Below, one piece after another: positions 39,314 to 49,543 of a stretch of DNA of 64,000 nt. The notes beneath the pieces were generated by a model that did not search any database, was not told where the DNA came from, and saw nothing but the letters and a program-made list of their open reading frames with translations. The position numbers and the translations under genes were made by a program. Source of the DNA: Bdellovibrionales bacterium (GTDB lineage Bacteria; Bdellovibrionota; Bdellovibrionia; Bdellovibrionales; UBA1609). Position 1 is the first letter of the stretch. Each line of letters starts with the position of its first letter. Where the stretch lies: NCBI GenBank assembly GCA_022450595.1, contig JAKUPT010000006.1, positions 5,319 to 69,318 of the forward strand, given 5' to 3'.

Positions 39314-39853
39314 ATGTACTTTTTAATTGGTTTATTAATATTTAACATGCTTGTTCTTGGTGCTAATTTTTGTTTTTTAATTATTGGCGGAACACCCCTT
39401 AAAAAAGAAGGAGAGCAAGAGCGTATTCATATGGGCCATAAAACCTATTCTCCTCAAAGGTTTGCAGTTGGAGTGTCAATTTTAGTGCTTGGAGTAAGTT
39501 GGCTTGCAGCTTGGTTTTATTTTTTAATCTCTGGTTGGAATTCTTTCCTAGCAAGTCTGTCGTCTTTATTGCCCCATGTTTCTTTACAGTTTATATCCTC
39601 CATACTACTGATCATAGCCGGCATTGGTGTGTTCAAAAAGTGGAAGCACAACAGAGGCTTTATGCTTTCTAGTATTGGAGTGTTGTTATTTAGCATTATT
39701 ATTGCCATCACCATGTATGGTCCTGAAGGACATGGAAGCCCTATGTTTATGTACCTCTTTGCTATATGGACATTTGTAGTAGGTGGTGTATTTACGACAG
39801 GCACCTATTTCTTAGATCGTTTGGTAAATGATTGGGAAAAAAACGAAAGATAA
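39314..39853 (+). CDS. Integral membrane protein (about 5 TM)
   Basis: 179 aa, strongly hydrophobic, no motif recognised. Confidence 0.5.
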   Translation: MYFLIGLLIFNMLVLGANFCFLIIGGTPLKKEGEQERIHMGHKTYSPQRFAVGVSILVLGVSWLAAWFYFLISGWNSFLASLSSLLPHVSLQFISSILLIIAGIGVFKKWKHNRGFMLSSIGVLLFSIIIAITMYGPEGHGSPMFMYLFAIWTFVVGGVFTTGTYFLDRLVNDWEKNER

Positions 39854-39977
39854 CCTTATTTATAGTTAAAATTTCCAAACCATAAGACTGCAAGTTTTAT
39901 AATTTAAAGCATTTTTATACTTTTTTTGACGAGGGCAAACCCTTTGGGCATGTTTATGTTCGAAGTGGGGGGGTGCC

Positions 39978-40985
39978 ATGAAAGTCATTGTTGTTGTGTT
40001 TTCTATATTGTTTTTTTTAGCTTGTTCTGAAGAGAAAAAAAATCAAACAATATCAGTTAAAGATGTCTTAAAGGCTCACCAACAGTCGCAAGATTTTCAT
40101 CAATGGATTGAGAGCTCTCATCACCCTTATAATCTTATTAAATCTCATCAAATTAGCTGCCAAGAGCTTCAAAGCCTTTCTCCGGAACAACTTTCGGTTT
40201 TCTATACAGCTTTAGAGTCTGAGAAAGCCAAGCAGACATTAGAGCCAAGTTGTCGTCAAGGCTTGATAGATAGAGTGAATGATTATTACCAAAGTTTTGA
40301 ACAGACTCAAAAAGCAAATTTGAATTCAAGCCGAGTTTTTAATAACCAAGCTCCAACAAGACAAGTTCCTGTGAATGCTATAGGTGGTCCTGTGTTTTGG
40401 TATGGGGAGCGCGGCGGACTTGATCACAAAGAGGTATCCCTTACTTTTGATGATGGACCTCACCCAAGGCTGACGCCTAAGCTCTTGGATATTTTAGATG
40501 AATACAATGTCAAAGCCACGTTTTTTGTTTTGGGCAAAAATGCCAAAGCTTATCCAGAAATCATAAAAGAAATTGTAAGGCGCGGACACAAACTTGCTAA
40601 TCACAGCCATAGCCATCACAACCTTCCAAAATACAGCTTTAATCATGGAGTCGAAGAGATTGAAACTGGTTTTGATGAGATTTTAAAAATTACCGATCTA
40701 GTTGAGCCATTTTTTAGGTTTCCCTATGGAGCAAAAACCAGCGCATTACAAAAATATTTAAAGTCTACAGATGTGGCGACCTTTTTTTGGGATGTGGACA
40801 CCTTAGACTGGAAAAAGACAAACCCACAAAAGCTTCTTGCATATAGCACAGAGCAGGTCTTTAAATACAACAACGGCATTGTTTTGTTTCATGATGTGCA
40901 GCCACAAACAATATCTGTGATGCGTGGATTTATTGAAGAGCTGTTATTAAATAACTACAGATTTGCCCAACATGTTAGTGATTAA
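39978..40985 (+). CDS. Polysaccharide/peptidoglycan deacetylase (NodB/CE4) lipoprotein
   Basis: Lipobox FFLAC. NodB motifs LTFDDGPHP and ANHSHSHH, plus FRFPYG and LFHD. There is an N-terminal extra domain of about 140 aa. Confidence 0.8.
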   Translation: MKVIVVVFSILFFLACSEEKKNQTISVKDVLKAHQQSQDFHQWIESSHHPYNLIKSHQISCQELQSLSPEQLSVFYTALESEKAKQTLEPSCRQGLIDRVNDYYQSFEQTQKANLNSSRVFNNQAPTRQVPVNAIGGPVFWYGERGGLDHKEVSLTFDDGPHPRLTPKLLDILDEYNVKATFFVLGKNAKAYPEIIKEIVRRGHKLANHSHSHHNLPKYSFNHGVEEIETGFDEILKITDLVEPFFRFPYGAKTSALQKYLKSTDVATFFWDVDTLDWKKTNPQKLLAYSTEQVFKYNNGIVLFHDVQPQTISVMRGFIEELLLNNYRFAQHVSD

Positions 40986-41617
40986 TATAAAACGGCAAAC
41001 ACAATTTGGCCTGTAGATGGAGAATATAGAAAAGAATCAAGCGTGAAGTGTATCTTATAGCTAAGCTTGGTCTCCGAGTTGTTCACCTGCAAAATTATAT
41101 TATTGTTATATAGTATTTCTTTTTTAGCTTCAGAGCGTGAAATATATTGGACCTTTGGAATATTGCGAGAGGAAAGATAATGTCTTCCTAAGCGTGTGCT
41201 CCACGGGTAGCCAAGATCTTCAATTTGTTTAATAATTAAATTCAAAGCAAGGTCAAATTTTGATTTTACAGCAGAGTTTTTGATATTTAGCTTTAAAGGT
41301 TGTGCATCCGCAGGAATTTTAAAATCAAGCTTTAAAAGTGAAGTTTTTTGAGCTTCAGGCACAATAAAGGCCTTAGGCAGAGTCAGCTCATGTTTAATAA
41401 ATGCGTGGGAGTCTAAATCTCTTCGAATGCGTAAAATATCAAAAACTGAGTATTTGCGAGTGGCAATTTTATCAACCTGGTTAATTTCTAATGAGGTAAA
41501 AAGCTGCTCTACAACTGTTATCTTGGATTGTGGTTGAAAAACAGCAAAGCATGATGCTGAACTAATTTTAGCCATGCAAAGGGTCATTAAGAATGTGAGA
41601 GAGTTTTTTACCAGCAT
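40982..41617 (-). CDS. Hypothetical secreted protein (Cys-x3-Phe motif)
   Basis: The ATG at 41617 gives MLVKNSLTFLMTLCMAKISSAS-CFAVF. No other motif recognised. Confidence 0.5.
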   Translation of the reverse strand: MLVKNSLTFLMTLCMAKISSASCFAVFQPQSKITVVEQLFTSLEINQVDKIATRKYSVFDILRIRRDLDSHAFIKHELTLPKAFIVPEAQKTSLLKLDFKIPADAQPLKLNIKNSAVKSKFDLALNLIIKQIEDLGYPWSTRLGRHYLSSRNIPKVQYISRSEAKKEILYNNNIILQVNNSETKLSYKIHFTLDSFLYSPSTGQIVFAVLY

Positions 41618-41709
41618 TTTGATCCCCAAACATGAACACTTTATTCAACAAGTGTTAAATCACAAAACATATTATGGGCATTTGGTGGGATTGTATAAAA
41701 ACTACATGG

Positions 41710-42765
41710 CTACCAGAAGAGTATAAAACATGAGTTAGAGCTCACAGTTTTCTCTCGGTAGTAGTCTTGAATATTAGTGATCTTGTGGCTTACTAGGTTT
41801 TGATAGGATTTAAAACCCAGCCCTTCAAAATATTCAAAAACAGGGGCAATTTTTGACAAGTCTGTATTTAGAGCTGAAAGCAGCCCTTTTAACTCTATCG
41901 CTGGTGCTTTATTAAGGTTAGAAAGATATTTGCTGGCACTGGTGAGGTTTTTAGGGTTGCCTAAATCTTTTCTTGAGATGGCGTCCTCATGGTCAGCAAT
42001 AGTCTCAAAAACTTTAGCGATGATGGCTTTTGGCTTAAGTACTATGCGATTTTTCGAAAGCCTTTCAGCATGACCGTTTTCAATAAAGTAATTATAGAGT
42101 TCATTTTTTTCCATACGATTGAGTTCATGTATGGCAAAAGCTAAAGGCAGTCGAGACAAGTCACCATGTTTGTCTCTAATGAGAATTTGACCATCACTAA
42201 CATCATTTTTTTTAAACTTTTGATTGGCCACTAAAAAATCTAAAATAGTTGCTTTAATTTCACTTGGGTAGCCGAGCCTATAAAGCTCATAAATATCAGC
42301 AACTAGCTTTAACCGATCATGGAACTTTGCCACTGAAGCGATAACTTTTTCAACTTGAAGGGCAATTTGAACAACTAAGATACCAACTCGCTTTATGTGT
42401 GTGTAGGTCTCTCCTTCAAACTTTTCATATTCGTTGATCATATTGTGTTGGTTTCTGACATAGCCATTTGCTGTTTGAATAAGCTTTTGTCTGATTAGTA
42501 ATTTTTCTTGAAGAGTAAAGTTTCTTCCAGAGGGGTGAATGTACTCATTTCTGGCAAGAGCTTCAAAGAAACTAGATTCAAAATGAGTGATGTACCTATG
42601 CTTTGTATTTTCAATGAAACCATCATAGTTGTAGAGTTCAGGGAAAGACTGAACGAGTCTTTGTAGGATGTTAAAGCTTTCATTTGTGCGAAAGCTAAAG
42701 TCCTCAGCAAAGGCTGAAATACTGAAAAAAATAAATATAACTGACAATAATTGTCTTCTAAGCAT
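41710..42765 (-). CDS. Hypothetical secreted protein
   Basis: The ATG at 42765 gives MLRRQLLSVIFIFFSISAFA-EDFSFRTNESF. 351 aa, helical. Confidence 0.5.
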   Translation of the reverse strand: MLRRQLLSVIFIFFSISAFAEDFSFRTNESFNILQRLVQSFPELYNYDGFIENTKHRYITHFESSFFEALARNEYIHPSGRNFTLQEKLLIRQKLIQTANGYVRNQHNMINEYEKFEGETYTHIKRVGILVVQIALQVEKVIASVAKFHDRLKLVADIYELYRLGYPSEIKATILDFLVANQKFKKNDVSDGQILIRDKHGDLSRLPLAFAIHELNRMEKNELYNYFIENGHAERLSKNRIVLKPKAIIAKVFETIADHEDAISRKDLGNPKNLTSASKYLSNLNKAPAIELKGLLSALNTDLSKIAPVFEYFEGLGFKSYQNLVSHKITNIQDYYREKTVSSNSCFILFW

Positions 42766-42867
42766 CCAGATAATCCCCATCTGCGCTAAGTTAAAGCTTC
42801 AAGCCTAGTAAAGAGCAATACGCAGGCCAGCTATATAAGATCTTGTTTTGACTGATAAAATTTACAT

Positions 42868-44055
42868 TTATTTTTTCACATGAGGGTGTAAGAAAAGTAA
42901 GCTATAGCTCACTATTATAAAAACCACTAAAGTGAACACAAAGCTTTGAAGGCTTGCTCCCTGGTCAATCATATAACCCAACAAAGGTGGGCTAACAGCA
43001 GTTGAGACCACACCAAAGGTGCCATGTAGTCCACGTACGGCCCCTAACTTTTCTACGCCATATATTTCGGACCAGATATTTGCAAACAAGTTTGATGAAA
43101 AACCCACGCTGATCCCACATAAAAATAAATAAATAAATGCACCCACCGGGTGCTTAATAACAAGTAAAGACAAAACACCTAATAGCAGTGGAATTAGGTA
43201 AAACTTTATTAACTTAAACGAACTAATGCGATCAATCAGATCCCCAGAAACTAAACTAAAAATAAACCTTGAGACCCCAAAGGCAATAAAAGCTGAAGCC
43301 ATAAGTTTTAAGCTCCATCCGTTTTGTTCGAGGATAAAGCTTTGATGAAAAAACACACCAGTTAAAACAAAGGCGTTCATAATAGATGTAGGAATTAATA
43401 GAAAAAATCTTTTATCAAAAATAAGCTGAAAACGGTTTAGTTTAGTAGATGCAGAGGGCAGTTCAATTTCCCCTCTGAGGTTTTGACCAAAAAACAAAAT
43501 CAGGCTTCCAAAGACAACAAAAATGATTCCGGCATTAATAAACCAGGTTTGTCTCCAAGTAAAATATCCAAGAAGTAAAGCGGCGAAACTGGGAAGAAGC
43601 ATCTCTCCAATAGGATGCCCCAGGCCAGAGATCGCAAGAGCTTTGCCACGATTTTTTTTAAATAACTTGGCCATTGTGGTGCTTCCCACCAAACTGCATA
43701 AGCCCTGTCCAAAAAGTCGTATTAACAAAAGCCCTGCAGTTAAAATCCACAAGTTCGTCGAAAGACCAATAAGGGTGGCGGCACAAATAAGCCCGATTAA
43801 AACAAATAAACTAAAAGTTTTAGCACTGGTCTTATCAAGCCATTCTCCCATATGTGAAAGAGTGAAAGAACCAACAAGGGTTGCAATCGCATAAAGGCTA
43901 CCAAATTTTGTGTTAGAGATATTTAAGGAGTCTTGGATATATCCCACATAAAAGGCGATAAAAAAAGTTTGCCCAAAGCTTGAAAAAAAAGAGTGGCTAA
44001 AGCCATAACTCAAAGCTTTTGGATGGGTTTTTAATAATTTTAAATAGGCGTTCAA
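42868..44055 (-). CDS. MFS-type transporter
   Basis: 395 aa with about 12 hydrophobic helices in a 6+6 arrangement around a basic central loop. Confidence 0.6.
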   Translation of the reverse strand: MNAYLKLLKTHPKALSYGFSHSFFSSFGQTFFIAFYVGYIQDSLNISNTKFGSLYAIATLVGSFTLSHMGEWLDKTSAKTFSLFVLIGLICAATLIGLSTNLWILTAGLLLIRLFGQGLCSLVGSTTMAKLFKKNRGKALAISGLGHPIGEMLLPSFAALLLGYFTWRQTWFINAGIIFVVFGSLILFFGQNLRGEIELPSASTKLNRFQLIFDKRFFLLIPTSIMNAFVLTGVFFHQSFILEQNGWSLKLMASAFIAFGVSRFIFSLVSGDLIDRISSFKLIKFYLIPLLLGVLSLLVIKHPVGAFIYLFLCGISVGFSSNLFANIWSEIYGVEKLGAVRGLHGTFGVVSTAVSPPLLGYMIDQGASLQSFVFTLVVFIIVSYSLLFLHPHVKK

Positions 44056-44281
44056 CGTTTATCACCTTTTTGTTTCATTGATTGGGAGTATGCTGCGCTA
44101 AAGCCCTAAAATCAATATATTGCAGATGAGAAGAGTTGAAAAAATTTCCGCTTCAATGATCAATAAGCAACAGTTATGGCTTTAAAAAACTATGTAAAAA
44201 AGATCATGTAAAAAAGTAATATAAAAATTTCAGGTTTGTTTTCCCCTCTAAGTAAAAATAAAACCTTTTTGGGGGGAAATT

Positions 44282-45838
44282 ATGTCTAAAAACGTATTAT
44301 TTACAGTAGTTACTGTGCTTTTTTCATGTTCGCTTTGGGCCAAGGGCTCTGCGCCATCAGTCTGTAAAGCTTTATTTTACCAATCATCGGATAAGCTTTT
44401 AAAAACAGATGTCGATCCAAACTGGGCGGCTCAAATGAGCAACAGAAAAAAATCTGAAGATGAACAAAATCTAATGAACATTGTGAAAGAACTTGGTGGA
44501 AAAATCCCGGGTGAGTTTAAAGAGGAGAGCCACAACTCCAACTACACGAACGAGGTTCCAAAAAGAGAGGTTAAAAACCAATGCCAGGCTGGAAGCTGTT
44601 GGATTTTTGCTGGCACCAATATGCTGGAAGGAGCGCTGAAGGCAAAGGGAAAAGTTAAAAATGAATTTTCATTTTCTCAAAACTATTTGTACTTTTTTAG
44701 TCTCTTAGAGCGCGCAAACTCTTACTTAGAACACCAGATCATTCATGCCAATAAAGCACATCGTGCTGATGATGTTCGAGGGGTTATGCTCACCAAAAGA
44801 CCTTCTGATGGTGGGTCAGCGCCAGAATTTTTATATTTGGCTAAAAAGTATGGCTTAGTACCAAATGAAGCCATGCCTCATACGATAAGTTCTGAAAAAA
44901 GTGAGTTAATACTTTCAAAACTTAACGATTACCTTTTAAGTAAAGCCTCTGAGATGTGGATGTACATTGATCACTTCAAAGGCTTAGATTTTCATAATGA
45001 GCGCTTTTTAGCAGAAAGAGGAGTTAAAGAAGGCTCGAATCCTGAGTACGTTAATAAAATTCAAAAAGCGCATTTTGAATACTTAAGAGAGTACAAACAA
45101 GATGTGTTATCAGGTGCTTTTAAAATTTTAGAGTCTCACCTAGGAACTCCGCCCACTCAAGTAGAATACCGACAGGTTAAAAAAACCGCGGCTGGTACAC
45201 ACAAGTCTTTGAAGCCTGAGATGTATACGCCTCAAGAGTTTGCTGCAAAAATAGCGGGATTCAAAGCTGAAGAGTTTGTTACAGTGACGGACATTCCAAC
45301 CAGAGCTAAGGATAAAACCTATAAAGCAGAATTTAGCTCAAATATTGCCAAGGCTCATGCGGGATTTAAGTTTTTAAATACACACACACATCGTTTGATA
45401 CAATTGATTAAGAAAAGCATAGATAGAGGGATACCCGTTTACCTAATTGCAGACTTTGCTTCGGATATCTCCAATGAAACTGGTATTTTGCACCCCGCTC
45501 TGACTAACAGACAGCTTATTTATGCAATGAACGAAAAAGAAGCTCCAAAATTAGATTTTAGAGATAAAGCAGACTGGCTCTATCACCTTAAAGGTTTTGC
45601 CAATCATGCTGTGATTATTGATGCCTATGATAAGCCTCAAGGAAGCAAACTACCTGTTAAATTTCGAATTGAAAACAGTTGGGGAGAAAAGGCAGGAGAG
45701 CAAGGCTATTATCACATGTACTTAGAGTGGTTTTTAGCCCATGGTTATGGAATTACGATTCCTAAAGAATTGCTCACCGAACGTGAAAGAAAGATTTGGG
45801 AAGGTGAAGTGGAGTACATCAACGACATTATGTACTAA
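44282..45838 (+). CDS. Secreted C1B-family cysteine peptidase (aminopeptidase C / bleomycin hydrolase-like)
   Basis: Catalytic motifs NQCQAGSCWIFAG (Cys), NHAVIIDAY (His) and IENSWGEKAGEQGYYHM (Asn). Unlike typical PepC it has a signal peptide MSKNVLFTVVTVLFSCSLWA. Confidence 0.8.
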   Translation: MSKNVLFTVVTVLFSCSLWAKGSAPSVCKALFYQSSDKLLKTDVDPNWAAQMSNRKKSEDEQNLMNIVKELGGKIPGEFKEESHNSNYTNEVPKREVKNQCQAGSCWIFAGTNMLEGALKAKGKVKNEFSFSQNYLYFFSLLERANSYLEHQIIHANKAHRADDVRGVMLTKRPSDGGSAPEFLYLAKKYGLVPNEAMPHTISSEKSELILSKLNDYLLSKASEMWMYIDHFKGLDFHNERFLAERGVKEGSNPEYVNKIQKAHFEYLREYKQDVLSGAFKILESHLGTPPTQVEYRQVKKTAAGTHKSLKPEMYTPQEFAAKIAGFKAEEFVTVTDIPTRAKDKTYKAEFSSNIAKAHAGFKFLNTHTHRLIQLIKKSIDRGIPVYLIADFASDISNETGILHPALTNRQLIYAMNEKEAPKLDFRDKADWLYHLKGFANHAVIIDAYDKPQGSKLPVKFRIENSWGEKAGEQGYYHMYLEWFLAHGYGITIPKELLTERERKIWEGEVEYINDIMY

Positions 45839-46416
45839 CGTGAATACAAAACTTTAATGTAGTCGGGCTCAAGCTTTAAGATGTTTACTTTATCAAACCC
45901 ATAGCGTTGAGCCTGTTTGCCACTCCAGGTATCAAAGGCCGCTAGTTGTGCGGCCTCTTCTTTTGATAGGCTAAAGCGTTTCATGTAATCATTAAGAGCA
46001 CGGAAAAACATATTATAGTTGTCACTGAGCTCACCCTTTTTTGCAGGAGTCCATTCTCCATATACGCCGTTGATAGGGGCATGAGTGGATTTAGAAATAT
46101 GACTAAAGTAGTCCATAATCGCATCAAATTGCTTTTGTCCAGAAGGAAGGTTTGGAGACCTCATGGGGGAGGTTTCATGGCGCAGGATCATTTTAAAGTG
46201 AATATAACCTTGAGTTGTTAGGTGAGCGATCACTGAAAAATAATGTGAACCAATTTTTTCATGGATCTGGTAGTCACTTTTAGTAAAGTGAGTTGATACT
46301 GTATTGGGATTAACTTTATAATATTTATACTGTGGTTCAAAGTTTGTACGGCAAAAATCAGCCCCTAGTGCTGGTATATTGAAGATAAGAATAAGTAAAA
46401 AACCAATTAAATACAT
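45835..46416 (-). CDS. Hypothetical secreted protein (Cys-x3-Phe motif)
   Basis: MYLIGFLLILIFNIPALGADF-CRTNF. 193 aa. Its stop overlaps the peptidase stop by 4 nt. Confidence 0.5.
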   Translation of the reverse strand: MYLIGFLLILIFNIPALGADFCRTNFEPQYKYYKVNPNTVSTHFTKSDYQIHEKIGSHYFSVIAHLTTQGYIHFKMILRHETSPMRSPNLPSGQKQFDAIMDYFSHISKSTHAPINGVYGEWTPAKKGELSDNYNMFFRALNDYMKRFSLSKEEAAQLAAFDTWSGKQAQRYGFDKVNILKLEPDYIKVLYSR

Positions 46417-46477
46417 AAGTTAACCAATTAGCAATAGCGGTGCCATGTTTGGTATAAAGCTTGCTCAACTCAACATT

Positions 46478-47560
46478 ATGTCTTGTCTAAATATTATATT
46501 TGTCTTTTTGGTGGGTCTGTCAGCTCAAGCTGAAGTGAATAACAAAAACCCCTTTGAGCCACTATTGTTAAATCAGCAGGTGAGCACCGCCGGTGAGTTT
46601 GTAACTATAGTTCTACAGGAGCAAGACGAACTGTTAAAAAAGATTCCGGAATACAACAGTAAACTTAAAGGCATTCAAAACAACAGGCTGATTGTAGAGT
46701 TTCGAAGAGCACAATTTTTTTATCATCAAGCGGTTTTGAAGTTTTTAAATAAAAACATCAAAAACTTTATCAAACTCAACCCTACGCCTGATCAAGTCAA
46801 CCAGGTGTTAAGAAGGGCTGTAGTTACGCCTCCGATCAATTATTTTAGTGAACGACCAACTTTTTTTAGTGAAGCCTTTCACATTCAAAAAGCTTTACTG
46901 GAACACTATTTACCTTTAGCTGGTAAATGGGAAGCGGCTCGCGCTTTACTAGATTACACACCACAAGACATTTACTTACTACAAAACAAAACCAACATTG
47001 TAGAAAATCACATGGGCCACTTAACAAGAATTGGTCTCGTTGACCGCTTGCATGAGATGCAAGATTACAACAAAGACAAGCCCTTTTTCTTTGAAACCAT
47101 CACGTATTTAAAACACTACTTTCACTATCCGCATCTAAACGCTGAACAAAAAGCAAAAAAGTTGATTAGCATTTTGTTAAATACAGCAGAAGATGTGCCT
47201 TTGGACTTTTTAAAGCACAAAAAAAGTCTTATAGATAAAGGCCAGAGAATAACTTATGACTTGTTAGATGAAAGCAATTCCCTTCAATATGCCAACGCCA
47301 CCATGCAGGCCACTTTCTTACAAATGCAGCTGTTAAGAGTTTTAAGAAACTTTTTAAACAGCCATTTTTTGATTTTAAACCTCAACGAGTATGACTTACA
47401 GCGATTACATATTTTAGCTAAAGAATTTGATTACAATTTAGAGTTTTATAAAAACCGACTCGTTGGGCTTAGTTTTAAACAAAACTTTTTTCAGCGTTTG
47501 TTTAATAAAAACCAGCCCGCTATTGGTCGTGCTAAAATGTGTTTTTTGATGTTCCAATAA
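46478..47560 (+). CDS. Hypothetical secreted helical protein
   Basis: The ATG at 46478 gives MSCLNIIFVFLVGLSAQA. The track start at 46445 leaves only 28 bp to the divergent gene. Confidence 0.5.
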   Translation: MSCLNIIFVFLVGLSAQAEVNNKNPFEPLLLNQQVSTAGEFVTIVLQEQDELLKKIPEYNSKLKGIQNNRLIVEFRRAQFFYHQAVLKFLNKNIKNFIKLNPTPDQVNQVLRRAVVTPPINYFSERPTFFSEAFHIQKALLEHYLPLAGKWEAARALLDYTPQDIYLLQNKTNIVENHMGHLTRIGLVDRLHEMQDYNKDKPFFFETITYLKHYFHYPHLNAEQKAKKLISILLNTAEDVPLDFLKHKKSLIDKGQRITYDLLDESNSLQYANATMQATFLQMQLLRVLRNFLNSHFLILNLNEYDLQRLHILAKEFDYNLEFYKNRLVGLSFKQNFFQRLFNKNQPAIGRAKMCFLMFQ

Positions 47561-47686
47561 GCGAACACACAGTCAGCTATACATAAACAAAAGTCTAAAA
47601 TCACGGTCGAGTTCTGGGCGAAGTCTTTGTGAAGCTCTACGCTCTGCATCTATAATGATACATATATTTATCAATGAGGGGGATCT

Positions 47687-49543
47687 ATGCCACGGATGGC
47701 GATCTTTGTTTGTGTTATATTATTTAGTTCGCTGTCGTGGGCCAACTGGGATGACGACTTAAGCTTTCCCGGTTTTTATGTAGAAAAGGATCACCTGCCG
47801 GTTAAATCCATTGAAGAGATCCCTATTGAAGAACAGCTCAGTGAATTCACTCCCATCTATGAATTTAAAGAACTCCCTGATGGCACAGTTGAGGAAAAAG
47901 TAAAAGTGTCCAAACCAATGAAGTTTTTTAGTTGGGTTCCACATGGTGACACTCCAGGCACAACTCCTTATCAATGTCACTTTTCACACTTGTCTAAAAT
48001 GATGGAAAACGCAGTGTCGATGCCGGAGTTTCAAAAAAAGTCTAAACCTTGGCTGGATAAATGTTTGCCTTATTTAAGCAGCAATCAAAAACGAAATTCA
48101 ATAATGATTTTACTAAGAGCGGCCAATGTGAAATACGACATTCGCACTATTAGTACTTTAAGACGAGTAATGATCATTTTAGATCACAACACCACCTTAA
48201 GAGGCATTCTTGCCATGAAGCCTGACAACAAAAAACGGCCCATGGTGATTATAAAGTGTGGAATTTATTGTAACGCTCAAGATAGTGGAAATATTCGTTC
48301 TTTACTTATGCACTACTATGAACAGTCGGATTTTAATGTGTTGTTTTTAGGAAACGTGACAGGAACAGACTATTTAAAAGACAACGGAGTGGTGGCCATT
48401 GGTGGCTTTGATGAGGGTCGACAAATTATTAAAGTGGCTGAAATTTTAAAAGGTCGCTTTTCAAAATTTAGAGATAGGATTTCAGACATTCACTCCGCTG
48501 GTTACTCCTTAGGCGGGAATGCGGCTTTGTTTTCAGCCCTATATAATAGTTTTTTAAAAGAGCCACTACTTGCTTCAACCACGGCGATTTGCCCTGTGGT
48601 GAACTTAGAGCCTACTATGCGAAGCGTTTTTAGCCGCTCTTTGAGAGGCTTCTTTTATAAAATCCTAACTGCCAACACTTTAAAAGAAGTATTTTTTGAC
48701 GTGCCAATTTTAAGTAAATATTTAAACTTTGGCGATGATTGGTCACAAGGGGAGCTGTATCAGACAGTGTCGGAGTCGGCCTTTAAACACTATCAGCTTT
48801 TAACTAAAGAGCAGCCTTGGGATATGGAGCCCTTTCAAGGGCTTCATGTGGACAGCTTACAAAAGTATTGGGATGTGAATAATTTTGTGAAGTATTCTCA
48901 TCTGATTACAACTCCAACAATGGTCATTCATTCAGACGATGATTACATGGTGAAGTCGAGCTTTAATGCTGACACCTTGTTATCAAAACACGCCGGCGAT
49001 AACAAAACCCCGCTTGCCGTTGTTAGTTTGAAAAAAGGCAATCACTGTGCTTTTGACATCGCTTATGGATGGAGCTTTTTCTCAGGACTGACAAGAAGCT
49101 TTATCAACAACTATACCGCAAACCCGGTACCAGAGCCCAGAAAGATATATAGTTTAAAACCACTAAAAGATATTGGTCGCGGTATATATGCTTTCCCTTT
49201 AGAAAAAGAGGACGTGATAGTAAAGCAATACTTTGAGATGGATGAGGGCCGAGTTTACATGAAGCATAAAGTTTTTAAACCACACAAACACATTGATAAG
49301 TGCATCTATCAAGATCCTCACAGGACATTTAGTATGTGCTATGACTGGTACAGAACGAGGATTCCTAACTGGTTTTTAAAAGACCTAAATTTGACAGTCA
49401 ATTCAGCAAAGTCGGAAAAGCAAAGGCTTGTGCGTTGGTTAAACACTCATTCGGCCCTATTAAAAGATGGACAAACTAATAACGGCACCTCTGAGTGGCC
49501 CAATGCCATTGAGCTTTGGGGCGAGATGCCGGTTGAAAATTAA
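47687..49543 (+). CDS. Secreted alpha/beta-fold hydrolase
   Basis: Signal peptide, nucleophile elbow HSAGYSLGGNA (GxSxG), later IHSDDDYMV (Asp) and GNHCAF (His). Confidence 0.7.
   Translation: MPRMAIFVCVILFSSLSWANWDDDLSFPGFYVEKDHLPVKSIEEIPIEEQLSEFTPIYEFKELPDGTVEEKVKVSKPMKFFSWVPHGDTPGTTPYQCHFSHLSKMMENAVSMPEFQKKSKPWLDKCLPYLSSNQKRNSIMILLRAANVKYDIRTISTLRRVMIILDHNTTLRGILAMKPDNKKRPMVIIKCGIYCNAQDSGNIRSLLMHYYEQSDFNVLFLGNVTGTDYLKDNGVVAIGGFDEGRQIIKVAEILKGRFSKFRDRISDIHSAGYSLGGNAALFSALYNSFLKEPLLASTTAICPVVNLEPTMRSVFSRSLRGFFYKILTANTLKEVFFDVPILSKYLNFGDDWSQGELYQTVSESAFKHYQLLTKEQPWDMEPFQGLHVDSLQKYWDVNNFVKYSHLITTPTMVIHSDDDYMVKSSFNADTLLSKHAGDNKTPLAVVSLKKGNHCAFDIAYGWSFFSGLTRSFINNYTANPVPEPRKIYSLKPLKDIGRGIYAFPLEKEDVIVKQYFEMDEGRVYMKHKVFKPHKHIDKCIYQDPHRTFSMCYDWYRTRIPNWFLKDLNLTVNSAKSEKQRLVRWLNTHSALLKDGQTNNGTSEWPNAIELWGEMPVEN

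Noticed and set aside
34078-40000. Direct repeat of the tRNA-Ser 3' end that would delimit an integrated island
   Set aside because: I could not find a copy of the tRNA 3' segment by eye downstream, and there is no integrase. The island idea is kept only as a low-confidence inference that needs a computational repeat search.
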